Position numbers and translations under genes: made by a program. A stretch of 64,000 bases of DNA, taken from assembly GCA_963727485.1 (NCBI GenBank), contig CAVSGM010000002.1, positions 1,440,001-1,504,000 of the forward strand, in the 5' to 3' direction. Under the pieces are notes generated by a model, which saw only the letters and a program-made list of their open reading frames with translations, did no database searches and was not told the DNA's origin. This stretch comes from an uncultured delta proteobacterium. GTDB taxonomy: Bacteria; Myxococcota; Myxococcia; SLRQ01. Position 1 is the first letter of the stretch, and the number at the start of each line of letters is the position of its first letter. Positions 59,715 to 64,000 of the stretch are shown here, one piece after another.

Positions 59715-60407
59715 ATGATCGACGTCTACACCTGGCCCACGCCCAACGGACACAAGGTCCACATCGCCCTCGAGGAGCTCGAGCTGCCCTACGAGGTGCA
59801 CCCGGTCAACATCGGCCGGGGCGAGCAGTTCGAGGCGGCGTTCCTGGAGAAGAGCCCCAACAACAAGATCCCGGCCCTCGTCGACCGGGACGGGCCCGGG
59901 GGCGCGCCGATGTCCCTCTTCGAGTCCGGGGCCATCCTCATCTACCTCGCCGAGAAGACCGGGCGCCTGCTCCCCGCGGACCCCCGGGGCCGCTACGAGA
60001 CCCTGGCGTGGCTGATGTTCCAGATGGGCAGCGTCGGGCCCATGCTCGGCCAGGCCCACCACTTCCGCCAGTACGCCCCCGAGACCATCGACTACGCGGT
60101 GGACCGCTACACGAACGAGGCGTCGCGGATCTACCGGGTCATCGATCACCGCCTCGACGGCCGCGAGTGGCTCGCCGGCGACGCCTACTCCATCGCCGAC
60201 ATCGCCGTGTTCCCCTGGCTGCGACCCTACAAGCGCCAGGGGCAGGACCTCGCCGACTACCCGAACCTCGCCGGGTGGATGGACCGGATCGCCGGGCGCC
60301 CGGCGGTGGAGCGGGGGCTTGCGGTCCTTTCGGACCAGGCGCACCGGAAGATGGACGAGAAGGCCAAGGAGACCCTCTTCGGCAAGGGGCAATGGGCCAA
60401 GCGGTAG
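59715..60407 (+). CDS. Glutathione S-transferase, YfcG/Nu class
   Basis: 'TPNG', 'SPNNKIPA', 'FESGAIL.YLAEK' and 'GPMLGQAHHF'. Confidence 0.93.
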   Translation: MIDVYTWPTPNGHKVHIALEELELPYEVHPVNIGRGEQFEAAFLEKSPNNKIPALVDRDGPGGAPMSLFESGAILIYLAEKTGRLLPADPRGRYETLAWLMFQMGSVGPMLGQAHHFRQYAPETIDYAVDRYTNEASRIYRVIDHRLDGREWLAGDAYSIADIAVFPWLRPYKRQGQDLADYPNLAGWMDRIAGRPAVERGLAVLSDQAHRKMDEKAKETLFGKGQWAKR

Positions 60408-61258
60408 GCGCCCCGGCCTTCGAGGCCCGCTACGCCGAGCTCTTCGGTGACAGGTGGCCGGCCCTCCGGGCGGCGCTCATGGCTCCGGTGCGCCACGTGG
60501 CCTGGGTGAACCCGTTCGCCGCCGGCGCCGGGCGCCCCGCCGGCGCCGCGCCCCTCGACGCCGTCCCCGGGGTGCTGGCCGCCGACCGCTTCGAGCCCCC
60601 CGCGGGGACGCCCTCGCCCTACTACCTCCTCGACGCCGCCTCGGTCCTCGCCGCGAGGGCCCTGGGGGTCGAGGCGGGCCACGACGTCCTCGACCTCTGC
60701 GCCGCCCCCGGGGGCAAGACCCTGGTGCTGGCGGCGGCCCTCGAGGCCGGCGGGACCCTCACCGCCAACGACCGCTCGGCGGCGCGGCGGGCGCGGCTCG
60801 TTCGCGTCCTCGAGGGCCACCTCCCCGAGCCGCTGCGGGCGCGGGTGCGGGTCACCGGCCACGACGGGAGCCGGGCGGGCCTCAAGACCCCCGAGGCCTA
60901 CGACCGGGTGCTGGTCGACGCCCCCTGCTCCTCCGAGCGCCACCTCCTCGCCGATCCCAAGGCGCTGGCCGGGTGGTCGAAGGCCCGGAGCCGCCAGCTC
61001 ACCTTCCGCCAGCGGGCCCTCCTCGCCGCCGCCGTGGACGCCACCCGCCCCGGGGGCCGGGTGGTCTACGCGACCTGCGCCCTGGCCCCCGAGGAGAACG
61101 ACGCGGTGGTCGCCCGGATCCTCGCCCGCCGCGCCGGCCGGGTGCGGGCGGTGGCCCCGGCGCCGGTCCTCGGGGAGGCCACCGGGCTCGGGGTCCAGGT
61201 GCTCCCGGACGCCACCGGCTTCGGGCCCCTCTACTACGCGGTCCTCGAGCGGCCCTGA
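60392..61258 (+). CDS. RsmB/NOP2-family RNA m5C methyltransferase
   Basis: 'LDLCAAPGGKT', 'VDAPCSS' and 'VYATC...EEND'; start codon uncertain. Confidence 0.9.
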   Translation: MGQAVGAPAFEARYAELFGDRWPALRAALMAPVRHVAWVNPFAAGAGRPAGAAPLDAVPGVLAADRFEPPAGTPSPYYLLDAASVLAARALGVEAGHDVLDLCAAPGGKTLVLAAALEAGGTLTANDRSAARRARLVRVLEGHLPEPLRARVRVTGHDGSRAGLKTPEAYDRVLVDAPCSSERHLLADPKALAGWSKARSRQLTFRQRALLAAAVDATRPGGRVVYATCALAPEENDAVVARILARRAGRVRAVAPAPVLGEATGLGVQVLPDATGFGPLYYAVLERP

Positions 61259-61295
61259 GGCCCGGCGGCGCCGGGACCGGGGCCGCGCCGGGCGG

Positions 61296-61844
61296 CTACC
61301 GGTGGTAGCCCTGGGCCTTGAGCTCGTCGATGGCCTCCTGGCTGATCTTCATCCCGAAGCGGCGGCCGGCGGCCTGGCTCTCGGCGGTGATCGCGGGCAT
61401 GGCCTTCACCAGCCGCCGGCCCACCGGGGAGCTGTAGAAGCGGATGAGGCCCTTCACCTCGGACCGGGTGAGGTGGTGCGCGTAGACCGGCACCATGAGG
61501 TTGACGAAGTCCTGGGGGTTCACCTTCTTCTCGAACTTCGCCCAGAAGGCCGCGGGGACGTTCGGCATCATCTTCTGGAAGGTCTCCACCATCTGGTGGG
61601 TGACCTGGACGGCCAGGGCCGGGGTCCCCGAGACCTCCAGGAGGTGGCGGATGTCCTTGGCCAGGGCCGGGTCGAGGGGGGCGGCCGCCTCCGCCGCCTT
61701 CGTCGCGTGGGACCGGTGGGCCGCCTTCGCCGCGTGGGACCGGTGGGCCGCCTTCGCCGCCGGGGCGGAGGCGTCGGCGAGGGCCGGGGCCGTGGGGACG
61801 AGGACGAGGGCGGCGGCGAGGGCGAGGGCGGCGGTGCGGCGCAT
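61296..61844 (-). CDS. DUF2059 family exported protein
   Basis: 'VYAHHLTRSEVKGLIRFYSSPVGRRL'; signal peptide. Confidence 0.88.
   Translation of the reverse strand: MRRTAALALAAALVLVPTAPALADASAPAAKAAHRSHAAKAAHRSHATKAAEAAAPLDPALAKDIRHLLEVSGTPALAVQVTHQMVETFQKMMPNVPAAFWAKFEKKVNPQDFVNLMVPVYAHHLTRSEVKGLIRFYSSPVGRRLVKAMPAITAESQAAGRRFGMKISQEAIDELKAQGYHR
61692..61760 (-). repeat. 27-bp coding tandem repeat (AAKAAHRSH, about 2.5 copies)
   Basis: gccgccttcg(t/c)cgcgtgggaccggtgg repeated. Confidence 0.8.
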
Positions 61845-61948
61845 GGGAGCTCCTTCTGGGAAAGCGCGCATCCAACCGGCTCGGACCCGTCCCTGTCAAC
61901 GCACCGGGCGCCTTGGACGCACCCGGGGCGCCGTGCTACCTCTCGCCC

Positions 61949-62725
61949 ATGGCCCGCCGCCTGGTCGTGGGGCTCCTCGCCGCCGCCCTCAGCCTCCCCG
62001 CCCTCGCGGGTCCCTACGCCCGCGCCGTGAGCCTCTCCGCCGGGACCGACGACCACGTGGAGCCCCTCGGCGTCCCCTCCCGCCTCCAGATCGCCGACCC
62101 GGCGGTGCTCCACGCCGAGCGCCTCCCCACCGGCGAGGTCCTCCTCCAGGCCAAGGCCAAGGGGGCCACCGACCTCTTCCTGTTCGGGGACACCTGGGCC
62201 CAGGTGTGGCGGGTCCGGGTCGACACCCCGCCGCGCCCGGGGAAGGCCAAGGCCCTGGCGGCGGCCCGGAAGGCCTGCCCGGGCCTGAAGACCTCCGACG
62301 ACGGGGCGGTGGCGGCGACCGTGTCCACCGCCGCCTGCGTGGGCGCCCTCATGGCCCTGGCGCCCCACCTCCTGCGGTCCGAGCTCTCGCTCCAGTGGAC
62401 CCCCGAGGGCCTCGAGGCCCAGGTGGCCAGGATGCAGGCGGTCCTCACGAGAGCGGCGCCAAAGCTCGCGGCGAAGCTCACCCTCGGCTTCCTCGGGGTG
62501 AACCTCCACCTCGGCGGCACCCTGGCCTCGGTGGCCGAGCTCGACCGGGCCCTGCAGATCCTCTGGGGCGCCTCGGCGGGGCCGCTGCTCCTCGACCTCT
62601 CGGACCTGCAGATCGCCGGTGCCGACGGTCCCGAGCCCGTGGCCGAGGCGGTGGCCGGTCTCGACGCCCTGCCGCCGCCGCACCCGGCGGCCGCCCCCGA
62701 CGCGGGCCCGACCGCGCACCCCTAG
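61949..62725 (+). CDS. Exported protein with a pilus-secretin N-terminal-like domain
   Basis: 'LQIADPAVLHAE...EVLLQAKAKGATDLFLF'. Confidence 0.65.
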   Translation: MARRLVVGLLAAALSLPALAGPYARAVSLSAGTDDHVEPLGVPSRLQIADPAVLHAERLPTGEVLLQAKAKGATDLFLFGDTWAQVWRVRVDTPPRPGKAKALAAARKACPGLKTSDDGAVAATVSTAACVGALMALAPHLLRSELSLQWTPEGLEAQVARMQAVLTRAAPKLAAKLTLGFLGVNLHLGGTLASVAELDRALQILWGASAGPLLLDLSDLQIAGADGPEPVAEAVAGLDALPPPHPAAAPDAGPTAHP

Positions 62726-62732
62726 GGGGCCT

Positions 62733-64000
62733 CTAGGTCGTCGCCGGCGCCTGGGACGACCGGCGCCCGCGCTCGCCGATGAGCCGGGCGATGAGCCGGG
62801 AGAGCTGCTCGAGCTTGAAGGGCTTCTCCACCCGGGGGTTCTCGACCTTCTCCAGGAACGCCCGGGCCCCCTGGGTGAAGGCGCCGCCGGTCATCAGGAT
62901 CATCCGCGCGGCGAGGTCCGGGTCGCGCCCGGTGAGCCAGGCGTGGAGCTCCATCCCCGAGAGGTCGGCCATCATCAGGTCGCAGAGGATGACGTCGATG
63001 GCGTCGTCCTGCTCCAGGAACTTCACCGCCTCGGCGCCGGAGCGGGCGAGGTGGACCTCGTGCTCGACGCCCAGGAGGTTCTTGAGGGTGACCCCGATGT
63101 TGGGCTCGTCGTCGACGATGAGCAGGCGGCTGCGCACCGGCGGCGGGGTCGGGGTGCGCCCGGCGACGGTGGCGTCCTTGACCGCGTCCCGGGCGGCGGC
63201 GGGCAGGTGCACCCGGAAGGTGCTCCCCCGGCCCTCCTGGCTCTCCACCTCGATGCGCCCGCCGTAGGTGCGCACGATGTTCTGGCAGATCGACAGGCCC
63301 AGCCCCGAGCCCACCCCCGGCGGCTTGGTGGTGAAGAAGGGCTCGAAGAGCCGCGCCAGGTGCGCCTGGGGGATCCCGTGGCCGGTGTCGGCGACCTCCA
63401 CCACCACCTCGTCGCCGGCCTGCCAGGAGCGCACCGCCACCCGGTTCTCGGCCACCCGCCCCTCGTCGATGGCGTGGGCGGCGTTGACCAGCAGGTTGAG
63501 GAAGACCTGGGACAGTCGCCCCTCGCCGGCGACCACCAGGGGCACCGGGCCGAGCTCCTTGACCACCTGGGCCCGGTACTTGATCTCGTTGTGGGCCATG
63601 TTGAGCGCGGCCTCCACGGCCTGGTTCACGCTCACCGGCACCGCCCGCTCCTCGTCGACCCGGGAGAAGGTCTTCAGGTCGCGGACGATGGCCCGCACCC
63701 GGTTGGCCCCGTCCCCGGCCCGCCGCGCCCGCTCCACCAGCCCCCGGAGGAAGGTCAAAGGGTCCTGGCCCCCGAGGTCGGCGTCGCCTCCGCCCTCGAG
63801 GGCGGCGAGGAGGAGCGGGGAGATCCTCGGTGAGCCGGTCGAGGTTGTGGAGGGCGTAGGTCAGGGGGTTGGAGATCTCGTGGGCCACCCCGGCGGCGAG
63901 GGTCCCCACCGTGGCCATGCGGTCGGCGAGGGCGAGCTGGACCTCCATGCGCTTGCGGTCGGTGACGTCCTGGGCGAAGGCCACCAGGGAGGGCTGTCCG
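62733..64000 (-). CDS. Hybrid sensor histidine kinase/response regulator, 5'-partial (frameshift near 63818)
   Basis: 'AHEISNPL', 'QVFLNLLVNA', 'DTGHGI', 'FEPFFTTK..G.GLGL' and REC domain 'ILCDLMM'. Confidence 0.93.

Noticed and set aside
57232..59718. 828-aa ORF extending the tocopherol cyclase across the peptide gene
   Set aside because: Shadow frame upstream and probable extra G near 59064; a hairpin and a convergent gene follow

Overview
Very GC-rich bacterial chromosome segment, most likely Myxococcota or a related deltaproteobacterium (a MYXO-CTERM protein and a myxobacterial-type Ser/Thr kinase are present). It holds about 60 genes. Housekeeping genes: nadA, map, fabI, cls, purS/purQ, ppa, an aldehyde dehydrogenase with DUF779. 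Respiratory operon: three multiheme cytochromes c, an Fe-S protein and an NrfD-family protein, with a predicted sigma54 promoter. Other elements: a type IIIA P-type H+-ATPase; a tandem array of four unknown paralogous exported proteins; a decayed defence island (toxin-antitoxin remnant, collapsed type I R-M locus, HEPN pair); and an orphan Cys-rich secreted peptide with an ECF16/SigF-like promoter. The best candidate for an undescribed system is a fused MlaF-MlaE ABC transporter translationally coupled to a membrane-anchored protein that looks BPI/TULIP-like, with no MlaD nearby. About 14 single-base frameshifts interrupt otherwise intact genes, and 8 of them sit in or beside GATC, which suggests long-read errors at a modified motif. 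No rRNA, tRNA or CRISPR array was seen. All family calls come from motif recognition by eye, not from database searches.
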